A stretch of 64,000 nucleotides of DNA from the NCBI GenBank assembly GCA_964057225.1, contig OZ059895.1:10168001-10232000 (forward strand), in the 5' to 3' direction. The notes beneath the pieces were generated by a model. It was not told where the DNA came from. It searched no databases and was given only the letters and a program-made list of their open reading frames with translations. This stretch comes from Auanema rhodensis. Taxonomy: Eukaryota; Animalia; Nematoda. The position numbers and the translations under genes were made by a program. This document shows, in pieces, positions 1 through 12,196 of the stretch (positions are counted from its first letter, which is position 1; each line of letters opens with the position of its first letter).

Positions 1-3000
1 AACAATGTTTGTTTCGATAGGAAAAAAATAAAAACAATGAAGTCAAGACAAAGGTTCATTACCCACTGGTTTATAACTGCAATATAGAAATAAGATTGAA
101 GATAATTTGCTCTCGTTTGGTTCAGCTATCTAAGTTAAAATGCTTGAAAATTGAAAACATTTGTTACGGAAGAGATAAAATCAAAAATCAGCTGTATGGC
201 GTACTTTCAACAAAGTATGGTCGTAAGAGAAAATATCTGATATTCAATGGTTAACATACTTATTCTCGTTATAGTTTTTTTTCCAATTTTATGTTAGTTA
301 TGTAATTTTTCACGTTCCATCTGGAACCCTCGATGATATCAAATCTTATGAGCTCCAAATACAATGAATTGAGAAAGGTTTCACAGTTGCATAGTGTTTA
401 AACAATGTTTGTTTCGATAGGAAAAAGATAAAAACAGTAAATTCAAGACGAAGGTTCATTACCTACTCGTTTATAACTGCAATATAGAAATAAGATTGAA
501 TATAATTTGCTTTCCTTTGGTTGAGCTATCTAAGTAAAACTGCTTGAAAATTGAAAACATTTGTTACGGTAGAGATAAAAATGAAAATCAGCTGTATGGC
601 GTACTTTCAACGTAGTATGGTCGTAAGAGAAATTATCTGATATTCAATGGTTAACATACTTATCCCCGTTATAGTTTTTTTTCCAATTTCATGTTAGTTA
701 TGTATTTTTCCACGTTCCATCTGGATCCCTCGATGATATCAAATTTTATGAGCTCCAAATATAATAAATTAAAAAAGGTTTCACAGTTGTATAGTGTTTA
801 AACAATGTTTGTTTCGATAGGAAATAGATAGAAACAGTAAAGTTAAGATGAAGGATCAATAACTACTGGTTAATAACTGTAATATAGAAATAAGATTGAA
901 GATAATTTGCTTTCCTTTGGTTGAGCTATCTAAGTAAAACTGCTTGAAAATTGAAAACATTTGTTACGGAACAGATAAAAATGAAAATCAGCTGTATGGC
1001 GTACTTTCAACGTAGTATGGTCGTAAGAGAAATTATCTGATATTTAATGGTTAACATACTTATCCCCGTTATAGTTTTTTTTCCAATTTCATGTTAGTTA
1101 TGTATTTTTTCACGTTCCATCTGGATCCCTCGATGATATCAAATTTTATGAGCTCCAAATATAAGAAATTAAAAAAGGTTTCACAGTTGTATAGTGTTTA
1201 AACAATGTTTGTTTTGATAGGAAATAGATAGAAACAGTAAAGTCAAGACGAAGGTTCATTACCTAATGGTTTATAACTGTAATATAGAAATAAGATTAAA
1301 GATAATTTGCTTTCCTTTGGTTGAGCTATCTAAGTAAAACTGCTTGAAAATTGAAAACATTTGTTACGGAAGAGATAAATTTGAAAATCAGCTGTATGGC
1401 GTACTTTCAACGTAGTATTGTCGTAAGAGAAAATATCTGATATTCAATGGTTAACATACTTATCCTCGTTTTAGTTTTTTTTCCAATTCCATGTTAGTTA
1501 TGTAATTTTCCACGTTTCATCAGGATCCCTCGTTGATATCAAATCATATGAGCTCCAAGTACAATAAATTGAAAAAGGTTTCACAGTTGCATAGTGTTTG
1601 AACAATGTTTGTTTCGATAGGAAAAAAATAAAAACAATGAAGTCAAGACAAAGGTTCATTACCCACTGGTTTATAACTGCAATATAGAAATAAGATTGAA
1701 GATAATTTGCTCTCGTTTGGTTCAGCTATCTAAGTTAAAATGCTTGAAAATTGAAAACATTTGTTACGGAAGAGATAAAATCAAAAATCAGCTGTATGGC
1801 GTACTTTCAACAAAGTATGGTCGTAAGAGAAAATATCTGATATTCAATGGTTAACATACTTATCCTCGTTATAGTTTTTTTCCAATTTTATGTTAGTTAT
1901 GTAATTTTCCACGTTCCATCTGGAACCCTCGATGATATCAAATCTTATGAGCTCCAAATACAATAAATTGAGAAAGGTTTCACAGTTGCATAGTGTTTAA
2001 ACAATGTTTGTTTCGATAGGAAAAAGATAGAAACAGTAAAGTTAAGATGAAGGTTCAATAACTACTGGTTTAAAACTGTAATATAGAAATAAGATTGAAG
2101 ATAATTTGCTTTCCTTTAATTGAGCTATCTAAGTGAAACTGCTTGAAAATTGAAAACATTTGTTACGGAAGAGATAAATTTGAAAATCAGCTGTATGGCG
2201 TACTTTCAACGTAGTATGGTCGTAAGAGAAATTATCTGATATTTAATGGTTAACATACTTATCCTCGTTTTGGTTTTTTTTCCAATTTCATGTTAGTTAT
2301 GTAATTTTCCACGTTTCATCAGGATCCCTCGATGATATCAAATCTCATGAGCTCCAAATACAGTAAATTGAAAAAGGTTTCACAGTTGCATAGTGTTTAA
2401 ACAATGTTTGTTTCGATAGGAAAAAGATAAAAACAGTAAAGTCAAGACGAAGGTTCATTACCTACTCGTTTATAACTGCAATATAGAAATAAGATTGAAG
2501 ATAATTTGCTCTCGTTTGGTTGAGCTATCTAAGTTAAAATGCTTGAAAATTGAAAACATTTGTTACGGTAGAGATAAAAATGAAAATCAGCTGTATGGCG
2601 TACTTTCAACGTAGTATGGTCGTAAGAGAAATTATCTGATATTCAATGGTTAACATACTTATCCCCGTTATAGTTTTTTTTCCAATTTCATGTTAGTTAT
2701 GTATTTTTCCACGTTCCATCTGGATCCCTCGATGATATCAAATTTTATGAGCTCCAAATATAATAAATTAAAAAAGGTTTCACAGTTGTATAGTGTTTAA
2801 ACAATGTTTGTTTCGATAGGAAAAAAATAAAAACAATAAAGTCAAGACGAAGGTTCATTACCTACTGGTTTATAACTGCAATATAGAAATAAGATTAAAG
2901 ATAATTTGCTCTCGTTTGGTTGAGCTATCTAAGTTAAAATGCTTGAAAATTGAAAACATTTGTTACGGTAGAGATAAAAATGAAAATCAGCTGTATGGCG

Positions 3001-6000
3001 TACTTTCAACGTAGTATGGTCATAAGAGAAAATATCTGATATTCAATGGTTAACATACTTATCCTCGTTATAATTTTTTTTCCAATTTTATGTTAGTTAT
3101 GTAATTTTCCACGTTTAATCTGGAACCCTCGATGATATCAAATCTTATGAGCTCCAAATACAATAAATTGAAAAAGGTTTCACAGTTGCATAGTGTTTAA
3201 ACAATGTTGTTTCGATAGGAAATAGATAGAAACAGTAAAGTTAAGATGAAGGTTCAATAACTACTGGTTTAAAACTGTAATATAGAAATAAGATTGAAGA
3301 TAATTTGCTTTCCTTTAATTGAGCTATCTAAGTGAAACTGCTTGAAAATTGAAAACATTTGTTACGGAAGAGATAAATTTGAAAATCAGCTGTATGGCGT
3401 ACTTTCAACGTAGTATGGTCGTAAGAGAAATTATCTGATATTTAATGGTTAACATACTTATCCTCGTTTTGGTTTTTTTTCCAATTTCATGTTAGTTATG
3501 TAATTTTCCACGTTTCATCAGGATCCCTCGATGATATCAAATCTCATGAGCTCCAAATACAGTAAATTGAAAAAGGTTTCACAGTTGCATAGTGTTTAAA
3601 CAATGTTTGTTTCGATAGGAAAAAGATAAAAACAGTAAAGTCAAGACGAAGGTTCATTACCTACTCGTTTATAACTGCAATATAGAAATAAGATTGAAGA
3701 TAATTTGCTCTCGTTTGGTTGAGCTATCTAAGTTAAAATGCTTGAAAATTGAAAACATTTGTTACGGTAGAGATAAAAATGAAAATCAGCTGTATGGCGT
3801 ACTTTCAACGTAGTATGGTCGTAAGAGAAATTATCTGATATTCAATGGTTAACATACTTATCCCCGTTATAGTTTTTTTTCCAATTTCATGTTAGTTATG
3901 TATTTTTCCACGTTCCATCTGGATCCCTCGATGATATCAAATTTTATGAGCTCCAAATATAATAAATTAAAAAAGGTTTCACAGTTGTATAGTGTTTAAA
4001 CAATGTTTGTTTCGATAGGAAATAGATAGAAACAGTAAAGTTAAGATGAAGGATCAATAACTACTGGTTAATAACTGTAATATAGAAATAAGATTGAAGA
4101 TAATTTGCTTTCCTTTGGTTGAGCTATCTAAGTAAAACTGCTTGAAAATTGAAAACATTTGTTACGGAAGAGATAAAATTGAAATTCAGCTGTATGGCGT
4201 ACTTTCAACGTAGTATGGTCATAAGAGAAAATATCTGATATTCAATGGTTAACATACTTATCCTAGTTATAGTTTTTTTTCCAATTTTATGTTAGTTATG
4301 TAATTTTCCACGTTCCATATGGAACCCTCGATGATATCAAATTTTATGAGCTCCAAATGCAATAAATTAAGAAGGTTTCACAGTTGCATAGTGTTTAAAC
4401 AATGTTTGTTTCGATAGGAAATAGATAGAAACAGTAAAGTTAAGATGAAGGTTCAATAAGTACTGGTTTATAACTGTAACATAGAAATAAGATTGAAGAT
4501 AATTTGCTTTCCTTTGGTTGAGCTATCTAAGTAAAACTGCTTGAAAATTGGAAACATTTGTTACGGAAAAGATAAAATTGAAATTCAGCTGTATGGCGTA
4601 CTTTCAACGTAGTATGGTCGTAAGAGAAAATATCTGATATTCAATGGTTAACATACTTATCCTCGTTTTAGTTTTTTTTCCAATTTCATGTTAGTTATGT
4701 AATTTTCCACGTTCCATCAGGATCCCTCGATGATATCAAATCTTATGAGCTCCAAATACAATAAATTAAAAAAGGTTTCACAGTTGCATAGTGTTTAAAC
4801 AATGTTTGTTTCGATAGGAAAAAGATAAAAACAGTAAAGTCAAGACGAAGGTTCATTACCTACTCGTTTATAACTGCAATATAGAAATAAGATTGAATAT
4901 AATTTGCTTTCTTTTGGTTGAGCTATCTAAGTAAAACTGCTTGAAAATTGAAAACATTTGTTACGGAAGAGATAAATTTGAAAATCAGCTGTATGGCGTA
5001 CTTTCAACGTAGTATTGTCGTAAGAGAAAATATCTGATATTCAATGGTTAACATACTTATCCTCGTTTTAGTTTTTTTTCCAATTCCATGTTAGTTATGT
5101 AATTTTCCACGTTTCATCAGGATCCCTCGTTGATATCAAATCTTATGAGCTCCAAATACAATAAATTGAAAAAGGTTTCACAGTTGCATAGTGTTTGAAC
5201 AATGTTTGTTTCGATAGGAAAAAAATAAAAACAATGAAGTCAAGACAAAGGTTCATTACCCACTGGTTTATAACTGCAATATAGAAATAAGATTGAAGAT
5301 AATTTGCTCTCGTTTGGTTCAGCTATCTAAGTTAAAATGCTTGAAAATTGAAAACATTTGTTACGGAAGAGATAAAATCAAAAATCAGCTGTATGGCGTA
5401 CTTTCAGCAAAGTATGGTCGTAAGAGAAAATATCTGATATTCAATGGTTAACATACTTATTCTCGTTATAGTTTTTTTTCCAATTTTATGTTAGTTATGT
5501 AATTTTCCACGTTCCATCTGGAACCCTCGATGATATCAAATCTTATGAGCTCCAAATACAATAAATTGAGAAAGGTTTCACAGTTGCATAGTGTTTAAAC
5601 AATGTTTGTTTCGATAGGAAAAAGATAAAAACAGTAAATTCAAGACGAAGGTTCATTACCTACTCGTTTATAACTGCAATATAGAAATAAGATTGAATAT
5701 AATTTGCTTTCCTTTGGTTGAGCTATCTAAGTAAAACTGCTTGAAAATTGAAAACATTTGTTACGGTAGAGATAAAAATGAAAATCAGCTGTATGGCGTA
5801 CTTTCAACGTAGTATGGTCGTAAGAGAAATTATCTGATATTCAATGGTTAACATATTTATCCCCGTTATAGTTTTTTTTCCAATTTCATGTTAGTTATGT
5901 ATTTTTCCACGTTCCATCTGGATCCCTCGATGATATCAAGTTTTATGAGCTCCAAATATAATAAATTAAAAAAGGTTTCACAGTTGTATAGTGTTTAAAC

Positions 6001-6716
6001 AATGTTTGTTTCGATAGGAAATAGATAGAAACAGTAAAGTTAAGATGAAGGATCAATAACTACTGGTTAATAACTGTAATATAGAAATAAGATTGAAGAT
6101 AATTTGCTTTCCTTTGGTTGAGCTATCTAAGTAAAACTGCTTGAAAATTGAAAACATTTGTTACGGAACAGATAAAAATGAAAATCAGCTGTATGGCGTA
6201 CTTTCAACGTAGTATGGTCGTAAGAGAAATTATCTGATATTTAATGGTTAACATACTTATCCCCGTTATAGTTTTTTTTCCAATTTCATGTTAGTTATGT
6301 ATTTTTTCACGTTCCATCTGGATCCCTCGATGATATCAAATTTTATGAGCTCCAAATATAAGAAATTAAAAAAGGTTTCACAGTTGTATAGTGTTTAAAC
6401 AATGTTTGTTTTGATAGGAAATAGATAGAAACAGTAAAGTCAAGACGAAGGTTCATTACCTAATGGTTTATAACTGTAATATAGAAATAAGATTAAAGAT
6501 AATTTGCTTTCCTTTGGTTGAGCTATCTAAGTAAAACTGCTTGAAAATTGAAAACATTTGTTACGGAAGAGATAAATTTGAAAATCAGCTGTATGGCGTA
6601 CTTTCAACGTAGTATTGTCGTAAGAGAAAATATCTGATATTCAATGGTTAACATACTTATCCTCGTTTTAGTTTTTTTTCCAATTCCATGTTAGTTATGT
6701 AATTTTCCACGTTTCA
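1..6716. repeat. 400-bp tandem satellite array (~16.8 copies visible, continues off the left edge)
   Basis: AACAATGTTTGTTTCGATAGG (or a 1-nt variant) recurs at 1, 401, 801, 1201, 1601, 2000, 2400, 2800, 3200, 3599, 3999, 4398, 4798, 5198, 5598, 5998 and 6398. The array stops abruptly mid-unit at ...CCACGTTTCA (6716). Confidence 0.98.
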
Positions 6717-6754
6717 AAAAAAAACTAATTGTTATAATTTTTAATATCGCTTAC

Positions 6755-7302
6755 TCATCACTGTCATCCAAGGTTATTACTTCAATAACCCTTGATGATG
6801 AGGGCCCACTGTTAAAAGTGGGTGATGTGGGCTCACAGAGCTCGATCCCACCAGCCTCGGTAAACTTTATACGTTTACTAAAAAACAAAATATATATAAA
6901 GATTCAAAATATTGTTAAATTACCTGAGCTGATTAATCTCTTCATAATCAAATCCTAGCTCTTCACATAAACGTTTATAACTGAAAAAAGAAAAAGTTTA
7001 CAAACAAATAATCAAAAAGACACAACCTATTAGCAGCCATTGTACCTTGATATAATGAATATATCAGTCTACACATTGCTGTTGGCATTGTAATTTGTTA
7101 TGTAACATGGATTTGGGTACAGCTGTCAAAACTAGCAGTTGCGATAAACTTTAAAATAAATAAGCTTATTGAATACATCTGTTTTTATTGTCCCCGTCGG
7201 ATTAATTTTTGTTATTAGTTCTTATTAAATTAACTTTATGCGTTTCATTGAGGTCAGCGCAACTGTTTGTTAATCTTATTGTATTTACCTTCAATGTGTG
7301 CT
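6755..7302 (-). pseudogene. Four-exon spliced gene remnant of unknown family, one in-frame stop, 3' end truncated by the 400-bp satellite
   Basis: Minus-strand exons 7302-7235, 7148-7027, 6980-6924 and 6877-6755, with GT..AG introns of 86, 46 and 46 nt. Acceptors read TTTTAAAG, TTTTCAG and TTTTTAG; donors read GTTAAT, GTTGTG, GTAATT and GTAAGC. Phases are all compatible: HTLKVNTIRLTNSCADLNETHK|FIATASFDSCTQIHVT*QITMPTAMCRLIYSLYQGTMAANS|YKRLCEELGFDYEEINQLS|KRIKFTEAGGIELCEPTSPTFNSGPSSSRVIEVITLDDSD. The TAA is at 7100-7098. The first exon is the least certain. Confidence 0.72.
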
Positions 7303-7436
7303 CTATTTAGTTATTGTATTGTTATATTAGTAAAATAAAGTTTAAAACTAATCTTTTATTATAATTTGAAACCTTTACTTGTTAGAATAAATATAATTAA
7401 TAACAATTTGTAATTTCAAAAATTAATAATTTAATG

Positions 7437-7585
7437 TCGTTCTTATCGAATTAACTTTCGATATGTGTTCCATTAAATTTTGGTATTTTATATCGTTCTT
7501 ATCGAATTAACCTTCGATATGTGTTCCATTAAATTTTGTATTTCATATCGTTCTTATCGAATTAACCTTCGATATGTGTTCCATT
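7437..7585. repeat. 55-56-bp minisatellite, 2.7 copies, each with an ATCGAA-N6-TTCGAT dyad
   Basis: TCGTTCTTATCGAATTAAC(T/C)TTCGATATGTGTTCCATT starts at 7437, 7493 and 7548. Confidence 0.93.
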
Positions 7586-7619
7586 GAACTACCCGTAACA
7601 AGTACGGTGAACAAAATTA

Positions 7620-8050
7620 TCTACATGCAAAAATTTTATTGATCTTTAAAAATACAAATAAAATAGTACAAACACAATACAATAAAAAATAAACAAAATA
7701 AGTAAACAAACATTATTAATAAATATAATAAAGAAATAAAGAAATAAATAAAATTTAAAAACAAATTTATATATTTAAAATTTAAATATAATTTATATAT
7801 AAAATTTAAAGCTTAAATATAATTTATATATATAAAATTTAAATATAATTTAAATATTTAAAATTAAGATTTTTATTTTTACTTAATATATTTAAAAATA
7901 ATTGAAAATATATACATACATTTGAAAAAGCATATTTAAATTTGATTTAAAAAAAAAAATTTTAAAAAAAAATCAAAAAAAAAAAATCATGCTTTAAATC
8001 ATGACTTTTATATTTAAAAAAGGAAAATCCATGAACCATGATCCTAAAAT
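7620..8050. other. Extremely AT-rich low-complexity tract
   Basis: Long A/T runs and short internal repeats (TTTAAATATAATTTATATAT, AATAAAG, AAATCATG), with almost no G/C. Confidence 0.85.
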
Positions 8051-8060
8051 ATGATTTTAA

Positions 8061-8166
8061 CAGCTGACGCTCAAAAATATGTTTTTGACAGCTGACGCGC
8101 CCCAAAAGTATGTTTTTAGCAGCTGACGCCCCCAAAAGTATGTTTTTAGCAACTGTTTGGGGGCGT
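8061..8166. repeat. ~30-bp minisatellite (3 copies plus a partial) closed by an 11-bp inverted repeat; possible subterminal region of a degraded DNA transposon
   Basis: CAGCTGACGC..CAAAA(A/G)TATGTTTTT occurs at 8061, 8089 and 8120, partial at 8150. ACGCCCCCAAA (8126-8136) pairs with TTTGGGGGCGT (8156-8166). The transposon origin is inference only. Confidence 0.85.
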
Positions 8167-8195
8167 GGTTAGTAAATTTTGCACGGCTCTCTACT

Positions 8196-11100
8196 GATGT
8201 AGCACGTACTTCTAGGACAAGAAATAAAATTTTTAGAATATTTAATTTTTCATAAAAATCAAACGAAATAGCAAGTTGAACCCGCCGCAAAACATGATTA
8301 CTATGGATATATGCTTACAAAACCAAAATTATATTATCAAACTGTCGATTTTCAGTTGAATAAGATGATGCACGTATTTCTAGGGCTAAAAATAAACATT
8401 TTAAAATTTTTAATTTTTCATAAAAATCGAACAAAATAGCAACTTGAGCCCGCCGTAAAATATGATTAATATATTTCTCTGCTAACAAAATTTGTTTTTA
8501 CTTTTTTTATCAACTAATTTTCAGTTGAATGAGATGTAGCACGTACTTCTAGGACAAGAAATAAAATTTTTAGAATATTTCATTTTTCATAAAAATCAAA
8601 CGAAATATGAAGTTGAACCCACCGCAAAACATGATTACTATGGATATATGCTTACAAAACCTAAATTATATTGTCAAATAGTAAATTTTGAGTTGAATGA
8701 GATGTTGCACGTATTTCTAGGGCTAAAAATAAACATTTTTAAAATTTTAATTTTTCATAAAAATCGAACAAAATAGCAACTTGAACCCACCGCAAAACAT
8801 GATTACTATGGATATATGCTTACAAAACCTAATTCATATCATCTAACAGTTCATTCTGAGTTGAGTGAGATGTTGCCCGTAATGTTAAGACTGAAAATAA
8901 AAGTAATACATTATTTAGTTTTTCTTAAAAATCGAACAAAATAGCAACTTGAGCCCGCCGGAAAATATGATTAATATATTTCTCTGCTAACAAAACTTGT
9001 TTTACTTTTTTAATCAACTAATTCTCAGTTGAATGAGATGTAGCACGTACTTCTAGGACAAGAAATAAAATTTTTAGAATATTTATTTTTTCATAAAAAT
9101 CAAACGAAATATCAAGTTGAACCGGCCGCAAAACATGATTACTATGGATATATGCTTACAAAACCAAATTTTTATTATCAAACTGTCGATTTTCAGTTGC
9201 ATAAGATGATGCACGTATTTCTAGGGCTAAAAATAAACATTTTAAAACTTTTAATTTTTCATAAAAATTGAACAAAATAGCAACTTGAGCCCGCCGGAAA
9301 ATATGATTAATATAATTCTGTGCTAACAAAATTTGTTTCACTCTTTTTAATCAACTAATTCTCAGTTGAATGAGATGTAGCACGTACTTCTAGAACAAGA
9401 AATAAAATTTTTAGAATATTTATTTTTTCATAAAAATCAAACGAAATAGCAAGTTGAACCGGCCGCAAAACATGATTACTACGGATATATGCTTACAAAA
9501 CCAAATTTGTATTATAAAACTGTCGATTTTCAGTTGACTAAGATGATGCACGTATTTCTAGGGCTGAAAATAAACATTTTAAAACTTTTAATTTTTCATA
9601 AAAATTGAACAAAATAGCAACTTGAGCCCGCCGGAAAATATGATTAATATATTTCTGTGCTAACAAAATTTGTTTAACTTTTTTAATCAACTAATTTTCA
9701 GTTGAATGAGATGTAGCACGTTCTTCTAGGACAAGAAATAAAATTTTTAGGATATTTAATTTTTCATAAAAATCAAACGAAATATCAAGTTGAACCTGCC
9801 GCAAAACATGATTACTATGGATATATGCTTACAAAACCAAAATTATATTATCACATTGTCGATTTTCAGTTGAATAAGATGATGCACGTATTTCTAGGGC
9901 TAAAACCAAACATTTTAAAATTTTTAATTTTTCATAAAAATCGAACAAAATAGCAACTTGAGCCCGCCGGAAAATATGATTAATATGTTTCTGTGCTAAC
10001 AAAAGTTGTTTTATCTTTTTAGACAACTAGTTCTTAGTCGAATGAGATGTAGCACGTACTTCTAGGACAAGAAATAAAATTTTTAGAATTTTTAATTTTT
10101 CATAAAAATCAAACGAAATAGCAAGTTCAGCCCGCCGCAAAACATGATTACTATGCATATATGCTTACAAAACCTAATTTATATTGTCAAATAGTAAATT
10201 TTGAGTTGAATGAGATGTTGCACGTATTTCTAAGGCTAAAAATAAACATTTAAAAAATTTTAATTTTTCATAAAAATCGAACAAAATAGCAACTTGAGCC
10301 CGCCGGAAAATATGATTAATATGGTTCTGTGCTAACAAAATTTGTTATACCTTTTCAATCAACTAATTCTTAGTTAAATGAGATGTAGCACGTACATCTA
10401 GGACAGGAAATAAAATTTGTAGAATATTTAATTTTTCATAAAAAACAAACGAAATATCAAGTTGAACCCACCGCAAAACATGATTACTATGGATATATGC
10501 TTACAAAACCTAATTTATATTGTCAAATAGTAAATTTTGAGTTGAATGAGATGTTGCACGTATTTCTAAGGCTAAAAATAAACATTTAAAAAATTTTAAT
10601 TTTTCATAAAAATCGAACAAAATAGCAACTTGAGCCCGCCGGAAAATATGATTAATATGGTTCTGTGCTAACAAAATTTGTTATACCTTTTCAATCAACT
10701 AATTCTTAGTTAAATGAGATGTAGCACGTACATCTAGGACAGGAAATAAAATTTGTAGAATATTTAATTTTTCATAAAAAACAAACGAAATATCAAGTTG
10801 AACCCACCGCAAAACATGATTACTATGCATATATGCTTACAAAACCTAATTTATATTGTCAAATAGTAAATTTTGAGTTGAATGAGATGTTGCACGTATT
10901 TCTAAGGCTAAAAATAAACATTTAAAAAATTTTAATTTTTCATAAAAATCGAACAAAATAGCAACTTGAGCCCGCCGGAAAATATGATCAATATGGTTCT
11001 GTGCTAACAAAATTTGTTATACCTTTTCAATCAACTAATTCTTAGTTAAATGAGATGTAGCACGTACATCTAGGACAGGAAATAAAATTTGTAGAATATT

Positions 11101-12196
11101 TAATTTTTCATAAAAAACAAACGAAATATCAAGTTGAACCCACCGCAAAACATGATTACTATGGATATATGCTTACAAAACCTAATTTATATTGTCAAAT
11201 AGTAAATTTTGAGTTGAATGAGATGTTGCACGTATTTCTAGGGCTAAAAATAAACATTTTAAAAATTTTAATTTTTCATAAAAATCGAACAAAATAGCAA
11301 TTTGAGCCCGCCGGAAAATATGATTAATATGGTTCTGTGCTAACAAAGTTTGTTATACCTTTTCAATCAACTAATTCTTAGTTAAATGAGATGTAGCACG
11401 TACTTCTAGGACAGGAAATAAAATTTGTAGAATATTTAATTTTTCATAAAAATCAAACGAAATATCAAGTTGAACCCACCGCAAAACATGATTACTATGG
11501 ATATATGCTTACAAAACCTAATTTATATTATCAAATAGTTAATTTTGAGTTGAATGAGATGTTGCATGTATTTCTAGGGCTAAAAATAAACATTTTTAAA
11601 TTTTTAATTTTTCATAAAAATCGAACAAAATAGCAACTTGAGCCCGCCGGAAAATATGATTAATATGGTTCTGTGCTAACCAAATTTGTTTTGCCTTTTC
11701 AATCATTCCATTCTTAGTTTTTCTTAAATAATAAGATGTTGTACGTATTTATAGAGCTAAAAACAAATATTTTAAAATTTTTAATTTTTCATAAAAATCG
11801 AACAAAATAGCAACTTGAGCCCGCCGGAATATATGATTAATATGGTTCTGTGCTAACAAAATTGTTATACCTTTTCAGTCAACTAATTCTTAGTTAAATG
11901 AGATGTAGCACGTACTTCTAGGACAAGAAATAAAATTTGTAGAATATTTAATTTTTCATAAAAATCAAACGAAATAGCAAGTTGAACCTGCCGCAAAACA
12001 TGATTACTATGGATATAGGCTTACAAAACCTAATTTATCATATCAAACAATGGATTTTGAGTTGAATAAGATGATGCACGTATTTCTAGGGCTAAAAATA
12101 ATCATTTTAAAATTTTTAATTTTTCATAAAAATCGAACAAAATAGCAACTTGAACCCGCCGGAAAATATGATTACTATGGATATATGCTTACAAAA
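8196..12196 (-). repeat. 168-bp satellite, older diverged layer, reverse orientation (mostly 336-bp dimers, one 177-bp monomer at ~11641-11817)
   Basis: GCACGTA(C/T)TTCTAGG and CCCGCC boxes recur every 168 bp. Monomers carry many private substitutions relative to the array right of 29752. Confidence 0.96.

Noticed and set aside
53-75. GGTTCATTACCCACTGG resembling nematode SL1 (GGTTTAATTACCCAAGTTTGAG), suggesting an SL RNA/5S array
   Set aside because: Only a partial match. The segment varies among 400-bp units, there is no splice donor or Sm site in the expected place, and no 5S sequence.
205-392. ~60-codon minus-strand open frame in the 400-bp unit (..LELIRFDIIEGSRWN..)
   Set aside because: No start codon near its 5' end, and other units have stops and poly-T length frameshifts.
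8057-8290. 77-aa minus-strand ORF
   Set aside because: Chance read-through from a satellite monomer into the 30-bp minisatellite (repeated QLLKTYFWG).
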